Shown: piece after piece, positions 20,199 through 29,980 of the stretch
Position numbering within the stretch: the stretch's first letter is position 1
Layout: the number at the start of each line of letters is the position of its first letter
Assembly: GCA_021737975.1 (NCBI GenBank)
Contig: JAIPCZ010000003.1
Span: forward strand, 15,638-79,637
Direction of reading: 5' to 3'
Source: Polaromonas sp.
Lineage (GTDB): Bacteria > Pseudomonadota > Gammaproteobacteria > Burkholderiales > Burkholderiaceae_C
DNA length: 64,000 nucleotides
Position numbers and translations under genes: made by a program
The notes under the pieces: model-generated
What the model was told of the DNA's origin: nothing
Seen by the model: only the letters and a program-made list of their open reading frames with translations
The model's database searches: none

Positions 20199-20920
20199 CC
20201 ATTGAAAAATTGCCTGCTTCGGGCCTGCATGTCGCCACGGTGGACACCGCCATCACCTCGCGCATGTCCACCCGTGCCTTTACACAGCAAGCTGTGCCAC
20301 ACCAGACCCTGCACGACATCCTGCAGGTCGCGAGCCGGGCGCCATCGGGCACCAACACCCAGCCCTGGAAGGTTTACGTGCTGCAGGGCCATAGCCGTGA
20401 CAGCCTGGTGGAAAAGGTCTGTGCCGCCCACGACGCGTTGCGCGCCGACCCGACGCTGGCCGCCCAGTACCGCGAGGAATACGACTATTACCCCGAAAAG
20501 TGGGTCAGTCCCTACATCGACCGGCGCCGCGAGAACGGCTGGGGCCTTTACAACTTGCTGGGCATCGGCAAGGGGGACAAGGACAAAATGCATGCGCAGC
20601 ACCAGCGAAACTACAAGTTTTTTGACGCACCGGTGGGCCTGATGTTCACCATCGACCGCGTCATGGGGCGCGGCTCGCTGCTCGACTATGGCATGTTCTT
20701 GCAGAACATCATGGTGGCGGCGCGCGCCCGTGGTCTTGACACTTGTCCGCAAGCCGCCTGGAATGGTTTTGCCAGCCTGATCCTGCCGCACATTGGCGCG
20801 GGTCCCGATGAAATGCTGGTGTGCGGCATGTCGCTGGGCCACGCCGATGCCGAGCAAGTGGTGAACGGTTTCCACACCCCGCGCGTGCCAGCGTCAGAGT
20901 TCACGCACTGGCTGGAGTGA
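20195..20920 (+). CDS. Nitroreductase family protein
   Basis: ITSRMSTRAF, RAPSGTNTQPW, FFDAPV, GLDTCPQAAW; TTG start overlapping the upstream stop (start uncertain). Confidence 0.88.
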   Translation: MTIEKLPASGLHVATVDTAITSRMSTRAFTQQAVPHQTLHDILQVASRAPSGTNTQPWKVYVLQGHSRDSLVEKVCAAHDALRADPTLAAQYREEYDYYPEKWVSPYIDRRRENGWGLYNLLGIGKGDKDKMHAQHQRNYKFFDAPVGLMFTIDRVMGRGSLLDYGMFLQNIMVAARARGLDTCPQAAWNGFASLILPHIGAGPDEMLVCGMSLGHADAEQVVNGFHTPRVPASEFTHWLE

Positions 20921-20933
20921 GTTAACCAGGCCT

Positions 20934-21001
20934 TCGCGGCGAGGGCGTCGCTCCCACAAGAATTTCGATGCTTTTGTGGGAGGCCCCCGCCCTCGGGGCG
21001 A
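20934..21001. repeat. REP doublet (GTGGGAG family) between convergent genes
   Basis: TGTGGGAGCGACGCCCTCGCCGCGA on minus (20934-20958) and TGTGGGAGGCCCCCGCCCTCGGGGCGA on plus (20975-21001). Confidence 0.7.
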
Positions 21002-21022
21002 CGGCTGACGTTTTCGGGGACC

Positions 21023-22105
21023 TTACTTGAGGTCGTCGGCCAGCACTTTAACGATGCGCTGTGCGTCGGCAGTCGCCGCCGTGCCGCCATCGGTGTTTTG
21101 CACCGACACCATGCTGCTCTTGCCCTGGCTCACCACCGAAATCTTGAACTTTTGCGGCGCACTTTCGGACTTGGATGAGCCGAAGAATTTGCCAAAAAAG
21201 CCGGGTTCCGCCTTGTCTGCGTTGGGCGCCACGTAGCGCACAAAGTAGATGCCTTTGCTGCGGTCGCGGTCTTCCACGGTGAAGTTGGTGCGGTCCAGAG
21301 CGAGACCCACCCGGCGCCAGGCGCGGTCAAATTCGTCATCGAGACGCACCACCGGCTGGCCGTTGACTGTCTCGATCCGGGCGGCTTGGCTCACCGGTCC
21401 GGCCGCGACCAGGGCCTTGGATTGCTCTTCGGAAATGCCGAGTTTGACCATCAGGCGGCGCAAAAATTCAGCCTCCAGTTCCGGGTCGGCGGGGCGCGGC
21501 TGCCAAACGGTCTGGTCTTTGCTTGTGCTGTTATAAACCTCGATCATGCCGCGGTGGCTGATGAAAATGTCGGTGCCGCCGCTGGCGTTGCGCTCGAGGC
21601 GCGTGCGGAATTTGTCCCGCTCACCGGTGGAATAAAGCGAATCGAACACCTTGCCAAGGGTGCTGCGGATGATGTCCTGTGGGATCTTGGCGCGGTTTTC
21701 AGCCCAGTCGGTTTCCATGATGCCGAGATTGGCCTGGTCCATGACCAGCAAAAAGCCGCTCTCGATCCAGAAGTCCTTGACCGGATCCCACAATTTGTCG
21801 GCCGGGCGGCTGATGACCAGCCAGCGCTGGGTACCGGCGCGCTCGATGCGCACATCCCCCAGGGAGGTCGCCGCTGTGGGTGTGGCCTGTGTTGCTGCCT
21901 GGCCGATTTGAAAGCTTGAGGCGCTGACCGCTGCGCCCGGCACCGCATAACGCGTTTCGCGCGACAACTGGGTCAGGTCAGGGGGCACTTCGAGCGACGG
22001 CGCCTTGCCGGCGCTTTTGTAGTCCACCTTGTCGGTCTCAAGCACCGAGCAGGCGCCCAGTGTCAGGGTCAGGCCAAGGATAACAAGTCTGGAAAAAGGG
22101 TTCAC
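21023..22105 (-). CDS. bamC: Outer membrane protein assembly lipoprotein BamC
   Basis: Lipobox LGAC, LEVPPDL, METDWAENRA, FDRAWRRVGLALDR; downstream of dapA. Confidence 0.92.
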   Translation of the reverse strand: MNPFSRLVILGLTLTLGACSVLETDKVDYKSAGKAPSLEVPPDLTQLSRETRYAVPGAAVSASSFQIGQAATQATPTAATSLGDVRIERAGTQRWLVISRPADKLWDPVKDFWIESGFLLVMDQANLGIMETDWAENRAKIPQDIIRSTLGKVFDSLYSTGERDKFRTRLERNASGGTDIFISHRGMIEVYNSTSKDQTVWQPRPADPELEAEFLRRLMVKLGISEEQSKALVAAGPVSQAARIETVNGQPVVRLDDEFDRAWRRVGLALDRTNFTVEDRDRSKGIYFVRYVAPNADKAEPGFFGKFFGSSKSESAPQKFKISVVSQGKSSMVSVQNTDGGTAATADAQRIVKVLADDLK

Positions 22106-22162
22106 AAAGGTTCCTTCGGGTCAAAAATCGGGTGGACAAATGAAATCAGGGGCGGCCTTGCC

Positions 22163-23056
22163 TTACAGCAGACCCACATCGCGCAGGGCTGCCTCAACCA
22201 CCGGCATGTTGACCGCGGTCAGTTCGGTCATGGGCAGGCGCAGTGTGCCGCCACACAGGTTCATGCGGGCCACGGCCCATTTGACCGGGATCGGGTTGGC
22301 TTCCACGAACAGGTTCTTGTGCAGCGGCATCAACTTGAATTGAATTTCCATGGCGCGTTTGACGTCGCCGGCGAGGGCGGCCACACACAGCTCGTGCATC
22401 AGGCGCGGGGCCACATTGGCCGTGACGCTGATGTTGCCGTGACCCCCGCACAGCATCAGTGCCACCGCGGTGGGATCGTCACCGGAGTAAATGGCAAAGC
22501 TTTCCGGGGCCTCGCGAATCAGCCATTGGGCCCGGTCGATGTTGCCGGTGGCCTCCTTGATGCCGATCACGCCCGGTACCTGCGCCAGACGCAAGGCGGT
22601 TTCCAGCGCCATGTCAGCCACCGAACGGCCCGGCACGTTGTACAAAATCATGGGCAGGTCAACGGCTTCGGCAATGGCCTTGAAGTGCAGGTACTGGCCT
22701 TCCTGGGTGGGCTTGTTGTAGTAGGGCACCACTTGCAGTTGGCAATCAGCCCCCACACTTTTGGCAAAGCGGGCCAGCTCAATGGCTTCGGAGGTGCAGT
22801 TGGCGCCGCAACCGGCCATGATCGGCACGCGTTTGTTGGCCTGCTCTACCGCCACCCGGATGATTTCGCAGTGTTCCTGGACATTGACCGTGGGCGACTC
22901 ACCGGTGGTGCCGACCACGCCGATGCAATCCGTTCCCTCGGCGATGTGCCAGTCGATCAGTTTGCGCAGCGCCGGATAGTCCACGTTTCCATCGGCGAGC
23001 ATGGGCGTGACCAGGGCAACGATACTGCCGGTCAGTGTGGGCTTTGAATTTGACAT
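22163..23056 (-). CDS. dapA: 4-hydroxy-tetrahydrodipicolinate synthase
   Basis: [33 protein letters not shown]; alternative start at 23068. Confidence 0.96.
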   Translation of the reverse strand: MSNSKPTLTGSIVALVTPMLADGNVDYPALRKLIDWHIAEGTDCIGVVGTTGESPTVNVQEHCEIIRVAVEQANKRVPIMAGCGANCTSEAIELARFAKSVGADCQLQVVPYYNKPTQEGQYLHFKAIAEAVDLPMILYNVPGRSVADMALETALRLAQVPGVIGIKEATGNIDRAQWLIREAPESFAIYSGDDPTAVALMLCGGHGNISVTANVAPRLMHELCVAALAGDVKRAMEIQFKLMPLHKNLFVEANPIPVKWAVARMNLCGGTLRLPMTELTAVNMPVVEAALRDVGLL

Positions 23057-23084
23057 CTTGTCTTGCATGAAATGGTTTAGACGC

Positions 23085-23672
23085 TCATTTTAGCGAGAGT
23101 GGATAACGCGTGGGCTGGCTGCCTGCCGGGCTTGAAGTTGCCGTGGCGGGTGGCGGCTGAATGGCCGCAATGCGCTGCACGAAGCGCTCCGGGTTGGGTA
23201 GAAAGCCATCTTCGAACGCAACGATGCGCAGGCCTTGGCAAAGCTGCAGCAATTCGCCGGTGCGCAATAGAAAATCGGGTCTGGCGGGTTTGCCCACGGT
23301 CTCATTGCCCACCGCAAAAGTCTCATACAGCAGCAAACCGCCCGGCGCCAGGCTTTGCAGCAGCAGCGGAAACAAGGGCCGCCACAGGTAGTTGGTGACC
23401 AGCACCACGTCGAAATGGCGGGGCACACCGTTGTCGAGCAGGGGCCAGGGGCCGCCTTCGATGTCGGCCTGAAGCGTGCTGCCGTGCTGGCGGGCTGTCT
23501 CAAGCGCTTCTGCCGAGCGGTCGATGCCGGTGCATAAGCAACCCCGTTTCGCCAGCCATTGCATATGGCGCCCCGAGCCGCAGGCCACGTCCAGCACCCG
23601 TGCGCCAGCTGGCATCAAATGCTGCCAGCGCTGAACCCAGCCGGACGGTTCAGCCAAATGGTGTTGCAGCAT
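23085..23672 (-). CDS. Class I SAM-dependent methyltransferase
   Basis: [29 protein letters not shown]; ATG overlaps the upstream small ORF stop (TGATG). Confidence 0.88.
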   Translation of the reverse strand: MLQHHLAEPSGWVQRWQHLMPAGARVLDVACGSGRHMQWLAKRGCLCTGIDRSAEALETARQHGSTLQADIEGGPWPLLDNGVPRHFDVVLVTNYLWRPLFPLLLQSLAPGGLLLYETFAVGNETVGKPARPDFLLRTGELLQLCQGLRIVAFEDGFLPNPERFVQRIAAIQPPPATATSSPAGSQPTRYPLSLK

Positions 23673-23797
23673 CAGAAGCAGCCCCACACCTGGTTGGCCA
23701 GCGTCATGACAAAGTCGGGGCGGGTGTAGAGGGCGAACACCAGCCCCAGCACCACCAGCAGGCCGGCGTAGAGCAGGGTTTTCTGGATCGGCTTCAT
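23672..23797 (-). CDS. 41-aa single-pass membrane protein (not in ORF track)
   Basis: MKPIQKTLLYAGLLVVLGLVFALYTRPDFVMTLANQVWGCF*; fills the gap between MFS and methyltransferase, TGATG coupling, high GC at third codon positions. Confidence 0.7.
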   Translation of the reverse strand: MKPIQKTLLYAGLLVVLGLVFALYTRPDFVMTLANQVWGCF

Positions 23798-23801
23798 GGC
23801 T

Positions 23802-25022
23802 TCAGGCGCCTTGGGGCGCAGGCGTGCGCACAATGGCGGCTTCCTTGATGGGCAGATTCACCAGCGCCGCCATCAGGCCCAGCGCAATCGCGATGTACCA
23901 GACGATGTCGTAACTGCCGGTGCGGTCAAACAAGTAGCCGCCCAGCCAGACGCCCATGAAGGAGCCGATCTGGTGGCTGAAAAAGACAAAACCACCCAGC
24001 ATTGAAAAATGCGCCACACCAAACATTTGCGCTACCACCGCATTGGTGGGTGGCACGGTGGACAGCCACAGCAGCCCCATCACGGCCGAAAACACATAGA
24101 CACTCATGGGCGACAGCGGCACCAGCAAAAACAGGCTGATTGCAATGGCGCGCGTGACATAAATGAAGGCCAGAATGTTTTTCTTCTGCACGCGCTGGCC
24201 CAGCACCCCCGCCGCGTAGGTGCCAAACACATTGAACAGGCCGATCAGCGCCAGCGAATAACTCGCCACTTCTGGCGCCAGGCCGTGGTCTTTCAGGTAG
24301 CTGGGCATGTGCACCGCGATAAAGACCACCTGGAAGCCGCAGACAAAGAAGCCCGCCATCAGCAACTGGAAGCTGCGGTGTTTGAGCGCCTCAAGCAGTG
24401 CCTGCAGGATGGTCTGCTCGCGGAAGTGCCCGGCGCCGCCCCGGAAATGCGGCTCGCGCAAGCCCAAAGCCAGGGGCATCATCAACAGCGCCGCCGCGGA
24501 CAGGACCACCAGGGCTTGCTGCCAGCCCAGGCTGTCAATCAGAAAACCTTCGGTTGGCACCATCAGGAACTGGCCAAATGAGCCTGCCGCTGCCGCCAAA
24601 CCCATGGCCCAAGAGCGCCGACTGGCGCTGATGTTGCGGCCAATCACGCCATAGATGACGGCATAAGTGGTGCCTGCCTGCGCCATGCCGATCAGCACGC
24701 CAGTGCTCAGCAAAAACATGAGCACCGAGGTCGAGTAGGCCATGCCGGCCAGCCCCAACGCGTACAAGACCGCGCCCGCAAAGATGATCCTGAAACCGCC
24801 AAAACGGTCAGCCAGCATGCCGGCAAAAATGCCGGTAAACCCCCAGACCAGATTTTGAACTGCGATCGCAAAGGCAAAGGTTTCGCGGCTCCAGTCCATG
24901 CTCTGGGTCATGGGTTGCAGCCAAAGGCCAAAGCCGTGGCGAATGCCCATGGACAGCGTGACGATGGCGGCACCGCACAGCAGCACCTGGGTCATGGAAA
25001 GGGTTTTTGCAGGATGCGACAT
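23802..25022 (-). CDS. MFS transporter
   Basis: About 12 hydrophobic segments, GMLADRFG motif A. Confidence 0.9.
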   Translation of the reverse strand: MSHPAKTLSMTQVLLCGAAIVTLSMGIRHGFGLWLQPMTQSMDWSRETFAFAIAVQNLVWGFTGIFAGMLADRFGGFRIIFAGAVLYALGLAGMAYSTSVLMFLLSTGVLIGMAQAGTTYAVIYGVIGRNISASRRSWAMGLAAAAGSFGQFLMVPTEGFLIDSLGWQQALVVLSAAALLMMPLALGLREPHFRGGAGHFREQTILQALLEALKHRSFQLLMAGFFVCGFQVVFIAVHMPSYLKDHGLAPEVASYSLALIGLFNVFGTYAAGVLGQRVQKKNILAFIYVTRAIAISLFLLVPLSPMSVYVFSAVMGLLWLSTVPPTNAVVAQMFGVAHFSMLGGFVFFSHQIGSFMGVWLGGYLFDRTGSYDIVWYIAIALGLMAALVNLPIKEAAIVRTPAPQGA

Positions 25023-25132
25023 TCGTGGAATATACCGAATCCTGACGCCAGAGGTTTTGCCTCGTGCGAAAGCGTCAGGAGGCTGGGTATTCATCCAGTT
25101 ATTTCAGTCCCATCTGATTACAATGCGCCGCT

Positions 25133-27112
25133 ATGGCAACCAAACCTTCCACCCAGAACCCCGAATATTCCGAAAACTCGATCCGTGTCCTGAAAGGTCT
25201 GGAGCCGGTCAAGCAGCGCCCGGGCATGTACACCCGCACCGACAGCCCGATGCACGTGATCCAGGAAGTGCTCGACAACGCCGCCGACGAAGCGCTGGCC
25301 GGCCACGGCAAAAAGATCAAGACCATCGTGCATGCCGACGGTTCGATCACCGTCGAAGACGACGGCCGTGGCATCCCGTTCGGCATGCACCCCACCGAGC
25401 ACGCGCCGGTGATCGAACTGGTGTTCACCCAGTTGCACGCCGGTGGCAAGTTCGACAAGGGCAAGGGCGGTGCCTACAGCTTCTCCGGCGGCCTGCACGG
25501 CGTGGGTGTGAGTGTGACCAACGCCTTGTCGCTGCGGCTCGAGGCCACGACCTACCGTGAAGGCCAGGTGGCGCGCCTGGTGTTTGCCGGTGGCGACGTG
25601 ATCGAGTCCCTGAGCTTGCGACCGGCCGGCGAGGGCGACCGCAAGTCGGGCACCACGGTGCGGGTCTGGCCCGATGGCAAATACTTCGAGTCGTTGGCGC
25701 TGCCGATGGCGCATCTGGAACACCTGCTGCGCAGCAAGGCGGTGCTGATGCCGGGGGTTTCGGTCACCTTGGTGCAGGAGAAGAACAAGGAGACCCAGAC
25801 CTGGCTCTTCAAGGGTGGCCTGCGTGACTATTTGACGCAAACCCTGACTGGTGACCCCGTCATTCCACTGTTCGAAGGCGAGGGATTTGCCGACGCCAAC
25901 AACGACAGTTTTGCCGAGGGCGAGGGCGCGGCCTGGTGTGTGGCGTTTACCGAAGACGGTCAGCCGGTGCGCGAGAGTTATGTCAACCTGATCCCGACCC
26001 CGGCTGGCGGCACCCACGAGTCGGGCTTGCGCGATGGCCTGTACACGGCAGTCAAGAGTTTTGTGGAAATGCATTCGCTGCTGCCCAAGGGCGTCAAGCT
26101 GCTGCCCGACGATGTTTTCGCGCGCGCCAGTTATGTGCTGTCCACCAAGGTGCTCGACCCGCAGTTCCAGGGCCAGATCAAGGAGCGACTGAACTCACGC
26201 GATGCCGTGCGCCTGGTTTCCAACTTCGTCCGGCCCGCGCTGGAGCTGTGGCTGAACCAAAACGTGGAGTACGGCAAGAAACTGGCCGAGATCGCCATCA
26301 AGGCGGCGCAATCACGCCAGAAAGCCGGCCAGAAGGTCGAAAAACGCAAGGGCTCGGGCGTGGCGGTGCTGCCGGGCAAACTGACCGACTGCGAGAGCCG
26401 CGACATATCAGAGAACGAGGTGTTTCTGGTCGAGGGCGACTCGGCGGGCGGCAGCGCCAAGATGGGTCGCAACAAGGAAAGCCAGGCGGTCTTGCCTCTG
26501 CGCGGCAAGGTTCTGAACACCTGGGAGGTCGAGCGTGACCGCCTCTTTGCCAACAACGAAATTCATGACATCGCCGTGGCCATTGGTGTTGATCCGCATG
26601 GTGTGGATGACAGCCCGGACCTGACGGGCCTGCGTTACGGCAAGATTTGCATCCTGAGCGACGCCGATGTTGATGGCTCCCACATCCAGGTGCTGCTGCT
26701 GACCCTGTTTTTCAAGCACTTTCCCAAACTCATCGACACCGGCCATGTCTTCGTGGCCCGCCCGCCGCTGTTTCGCGTGGATGCGCCGGCGCGTGGCAAG
26801 AAGCCCGCGTCCAAGGCCTATGCGCTCGACGAGGGTGAACTCACCGCCATCCTGGACAAGCTGCGCAAGGAAGGCGTGCGTGAAGGCGCCTGGACCATCA
26901 GCCGTTTCAAGGGCCTGGGTGAGATGAACGCCGAGCAGTTGTGGGACACCACGCTGAACCCCGACACGCGCAGGCTGTTGCCTGTGCATCTGGGCAGCTT
27001 GAGTGTGCTTGAGACTTCGGAACTGATGACCAAGCTGATGGGCAAGGGTGAGGCGGCGGCGCGGCGGGAACTGATGGAACTGCACGGGGATTCGGTGGAG
27101 ATCGATGTTTAG
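25133..27112 (+). CDS. parE: DNA topoisomerase IV subunit B
   Basis: VLKGLEPVKQRPGMY, EVLDNAADE, LHAGGKF, VEGDSAGGS, PLRGK, DADVDG, RFKGLGEM. Confidence 0.96.
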   Translation: MATKPSTQNPEYSENSIRVLKGLEPVKQRPGMYTRTDSPMHVIQEVLDNAADEALAGHGKKIKTIVHADGSITVEDDGRGIPFGMHPTEHAPVIELVFTQLHAGGKFDKGKGGAYSFSGGLHGVGVSVTNALSLRLEATTYREGQVARLVFAGGDVIESLSLRPAGEGDRKSGTTVRVWPDGKYFESLALPMAHLEHLLRSKAVLMPGVSVTLVQEKNKETQTWLFKGGLRDYLTQTLTGDPVIPLFEGEGFADANNDSFAEGEGAAWCVAFTEDGQPVRESYVNLIPTPAGGTHESGLRDGLYTAVKSFVEMHSLLPKGVKLLPDDVFARASYVLSTKVLDPQFQGQIKERLNSRDAVRLVSNFVRPALELWLNQNVEYGKKLAEIAIKAAQSRQKAGQKVEKRKGSGVAVLPGKLTDCESRDISENEVFLVEGDSAGGSAKMGRNKESQAVLPLRGKVLNTWEVERDRLFANNEIHDIAVAIGVDPHGVDDSPDLTGLRYGKICILSDADVDGSHIQVLLLTLFFKHFPKLIDTGHVFVARPPLFRVDAPARGKKPASKAYALDEGELTAILDKLRKEGVREGAWTISRFKGLGEMNAEQLWDTTLNPDTRRLLPVHLGSLSVLETSELMTKLMGKGEAAARRELMELHGDSVEIDV

Positions 27113-27163
27113 GCCTCCGACAATTCCTATGTTGGTTCTTTGTCATGTGTGCCCGCGGAAGTT

Positions 27164-27190
27164 GTCATCCCGGGCTCGACCCGGGATCCA
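27164..27190. repeat. REP-like palindrome (GTCATCCC family)
   Basis: GTCATCCCGGGCTCGACCCGGGATCCA; ATCCCGGG/CCCGGGAT stem. Confidence 0.6.
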
Positions 27191-27246
27191 GGCAATCCGG
27201 GGTTCAAGTACAGACGTGGCAGTGCGAGATTTGTTCAGTGTGCGCC

Positions 27247-27323
27247 GCGCCGTGACTGGCATGGGCGGCCACCTCTCAACTGGGGTACCAGAAATCGGTG
27301 ACCACCCATGCCAGTCACAGCGC
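27247..27323 (-). repeat. Long hairpin H1 (27-bp stem, conserved apical core)
   Basis: 27247-27273 pairs with 27297-27323; three C/A mismatches on plus are G-U on minus; loop GATTTCTGGTACCCCAGTTGAGA. Confidence 0.85.
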
Positions 27324-27428
27324 TGATAGTTGGGTTCTTCACCAGCGTTTTAAAACCTAAGACTGGAGCCTTGAGCCCTGAGTTTGAGCGGTGTTTTGAT
27401 TGGCGAGGTTTGTGCACCAATGCGTCTA

Positions 27429-27506
27429 GCGAGGCAGGTCCCTATGGGGGGCTGACGATTTCTGGTACCCCAGTATGAGGAAGCTCCCCATAGGGACCTG
27501 CCTCGC
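27429..27506 (+). repeat. Long hairpin H2 (25-bp stem, same apical core as H1)
   Basis: 27429-27453 pairs with 27482-27506 with one G-U on plus; loop GACGATTTCTGGTACCCCAGTATGAGGA. Confidence 0.85.
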
Positions 27507-27561
27507 GGGTTAAAAATAACGACGGTTGTGAATTCTTGAATTTTTTGGAAACTGGTTTGAT

Positions 27562-29928
27562 ATGACTGATCAACTGACGATTGCCCCCCCGGCTCAACCC
27601 GAGGGTGACGACGCGCTGAATCTGGCCACCTATGCCCAGCAGGCCTACCTGGAATACGCCCTGAGCGTCGTCAAGGGGCGGGCCTTGCCGGACGTGTGCG
27701 ACGGTCAAAAACCGGTGCAGCGCCGCATCCTGTATGCCATGAGCCGCATGGGCCTGGGCTTTGGCGGGGCCAACGGCAACACGGGAGCCAAGCCGGTCAA
27801 GTGCGCGCGTGTGGTGGGCGATGTGCTGGGCCGTTACCACCCGCACGGCGACAGTGCGGCCTACGACGCGCTGGTGCGCATGGCGCAGGACTTTTCGCAG
27901 CGTTACCCGCTGATCGACGGCCAGGGCAACTTTGGCAGTCGCGACGGCGACGGCGCGGCCGCCATGCGTTACACCGAGGCGCGGCTGGCGAAGATCACCA
28001 GCCTGCTGCTCGACGAAATCGACGAGGGCACGGTCGATTTTTCACCCAACTACGACGGTTCCACAGAAGAGCCCAGGCAACTGCCGGCGCGCCTGCCCTT
28101 TGCCCTGCTCAACGGCGCCAGCGGCATTGCCGTGGGCCTGGCCACCGAGATCCCGAGCCACAACCTGCGCGAAGTGGCCGACGCCTGCGTGGCGCTGATC
28201 AAGACGCCGAACCTGGCCGACGACGAACTGTTTGCACTGGTGCCCGGCCCCGACTTTCCCGGTGGCGGCCAGATCATCAGCAGCGCCGCCGAGATTGCCG
28301 AGGCCTATCGCACGGGGCGCGGTTCCTTGAAATGCCGGGCCCGCTGGAAGATCGAAGAGCTGGCACGCGGCCAGTGGCAACTGGTGGTGACCGAGCTGCC
28401 GCCCGGTGTCAGCACCCAGCGTGTGCTCGAAGAAATCGAAGAGCTGACCAACCCCAAGATCAAGGCGGGAAAAAAAGCCCTCTCGCTCGAGCAAAACCAG
28501 CTCAAGGCCACCGTGCTGTCGGTGCTCGACGGCGTGCGTGACGAGTCCAGCAAGGACGCAGCGGTTCGCCTGGTGTGCGAGCCCAAGACCAGCAAGATTG
28601 GCCAGCAGGAACTCATCAACACGCTGTTGGCGCACACCAGTCTTGAAACGTCGAGTCCGATCAACCTGACCATGATCGGTCTCGATGGCCGGCCCACGCT
28701 CAAGTCGCTGCGCCAAATGTTCACCGAGTGGATTGCTTTCCGGCAGTCCACCATCGAGCGGCGCACGCGGCACCGCCTGGCCAAGGTGATGGACCGCATC
28801 CACATCCTGGAGGGCCGGGCACTGGTGCTGCTCAACATCGACGAGGTGATTGCCATCATCCGCCAGGCCGACGAGCCCAAAGCGGCCTTGATCGCGCGCT
28901 TCAAGCTGTCGGAGCGGCAGGCCGAGGACATTCTTGAAATCCGCCTGCGTCAGCTGGCCCGGCTGGAGGCCATCAAGATCGAGCAGGAGTTGGCTGGCCT
29001 GCGTGATGAGCAGAAGAGGCTGGAAGAAATTCTGGGCAGCCCGGCTGCGCTGCGCCGCCTGATGGTGAAGGAAATCGAGGGGGACGCCAAGACCTTTGCC
29101 GATGCACGCCGCACCCTGATCCAGGCCGAGAAAAAAGTGGTGCTCGAAGTGAAAGTGGTGGACGAGCCCGTGACCGTGGTGGTGAGCCAGAAGGGCTGGG
29201 TGCGCACACAAAAGGGCTGGGCGCGCGACCGCCTCAACGGCTCCGCCGCGCCTGAATACACCTTCAAGGCCGGCGATGAACTGTATGGCACGTTCGAGTG
29301 CCGCAGTGTCGACACACTGCTGGCCTTCGGTTCCAACGGGCGGGTGTACTCGGTGGCTGTGGCGCTGCTGCCCGGCGGCCGCGGTGACGGCCAGCCGATC
29401 ACCAGCCTGATCGAGTTGGAGGCCGGCACCCAGCTGCTCTCTTACTTTGCCGGACCGATGGAAGCCACTTTGTTGCTGAGCAGTTCCGCGGCTTACGGAT
29501 TTACCGCCACGGTGGCCAACATGGTCTCGCGCCAAAAAGCCGGCAAGGCCTTTGTCACCGTGAACGAGGGCGAAACCCTGTGCCAGCCCTCGCTGGTGGC
29601 CAATGCCGCCACGGCCGTCGCGCCGGCCACGCATGTGGCCTGTGCCTCCACGGGCGGACGCATATTGACCTTCGAGATCAGCGAACTCAAGGCGATGACC
29701 AATGGCGGCCGTGGCCTGATGTTGCTGGATTTGGAGGCCAAGGACACACTGGCCGGGGCGGCCGCCTACACCCGCAGTGTGCGCATCGAGGGTATCGGCC
29801 GCGGTGGCAAGGCGCGCGAGGAGACGCTGGAGATCCGCAGCCTCAACAACGCCCGGGCAGCGCGGGCACGCAAGGGCAAGGTGGCCGACCTGGGCTTCAA
29901 GCCGGTGTCGATCACCCGGGTGGAATAG
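27562..29928 (+). CDS. parC: DNA topoisomerase IV subunit A
   Basis: [32 protein letters not shown] catalytic Tyr, NGASGIAVG. Confidence 0.96.
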   Translation: MTDQLTIAPPAQPEGDDALNLATYAQQAYLEYALSVVKGRALPDVCDGQKPVQRRILYAMSRMGLGFGGANGNTGAKPVKCARVVGDVLGRYHPHGDSAAYDALVRMAQDFSQRYPLIDGQGNFGSRDGDGAAAMRYTEARLAKITSLLLDEIDEGTVDFSPNYDGSTEEPRQLPARLPFALLNGASGIAVGLATEIPSHNLREVADACVALIKTPNLADDELFALVPGPDFPGGGQIISSAAEIAEAYRTGRGSLKCRARWKIEELARGQWQLVVTELPPGVSTQRVLEEIEELTNPKIKAGKKALSLEQNQLKATVLSVLDGVRDESSKDAAVRLVCEPKTSKIGQQELINTLLAHTSLETSSPINLTMIGLDGRPTLKSLRQMFTEWIAFRQSTIERRTRHRLAKVMDRIHILEGRALVLLNIDEVIAIIRQADEPKAALIARFKLSERQAEDILEIRLRQLARLEAIKIEQELAGLRDEQKRLEEILGSPAALRRLMVKEIEGDAKTFADARRTLIQAEKKVVLEVKVVDEPVTVVVSQKGWVRTQKGWARDRLNGSAAPEYTFKAGDELYGTFECRSVDTLLAFGSNGRVYSVAVALLPGGRGDGQPITSLIELEAGTQLLSYFAGPMEATLLLSSSAAYGFTATVANMVSRQKAGKAFVTVNEGETLCQPSLVANAATAVAPATHVACASTGGRILTFEISELKAMTNGGRGLMLLDLEAKDTLAGAAAYTRSVRIEGIGRGGKAREETLEIRSLNNARAARARKGKVADLGFKPVSITRVE

Positions 29929-29980
29929 CGCCTCAGGGTCGGGCCTCAGTCTGGGCGCAAACGCCGCAGTCTTTGGGTGT

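Noticed and set aside
27105-27420. Short ORFs in the parE-parC spacer (73 aa plus, 61 aa minus)
   Set aside because: They only translate the palindromes; no convincing ribosome-binding site or codon bias.
27247-27506. CRISPR array, integron attC or classical IS/MITE interpretation of the paired hairpins
   Set aside because: Only two units, inverted rather than direct; no cas or intI genes; no RYYYAAC/GTTRRRY ends; the shared repeat is inside the hairpin loops, not terminal, and I see no target-site duplication.
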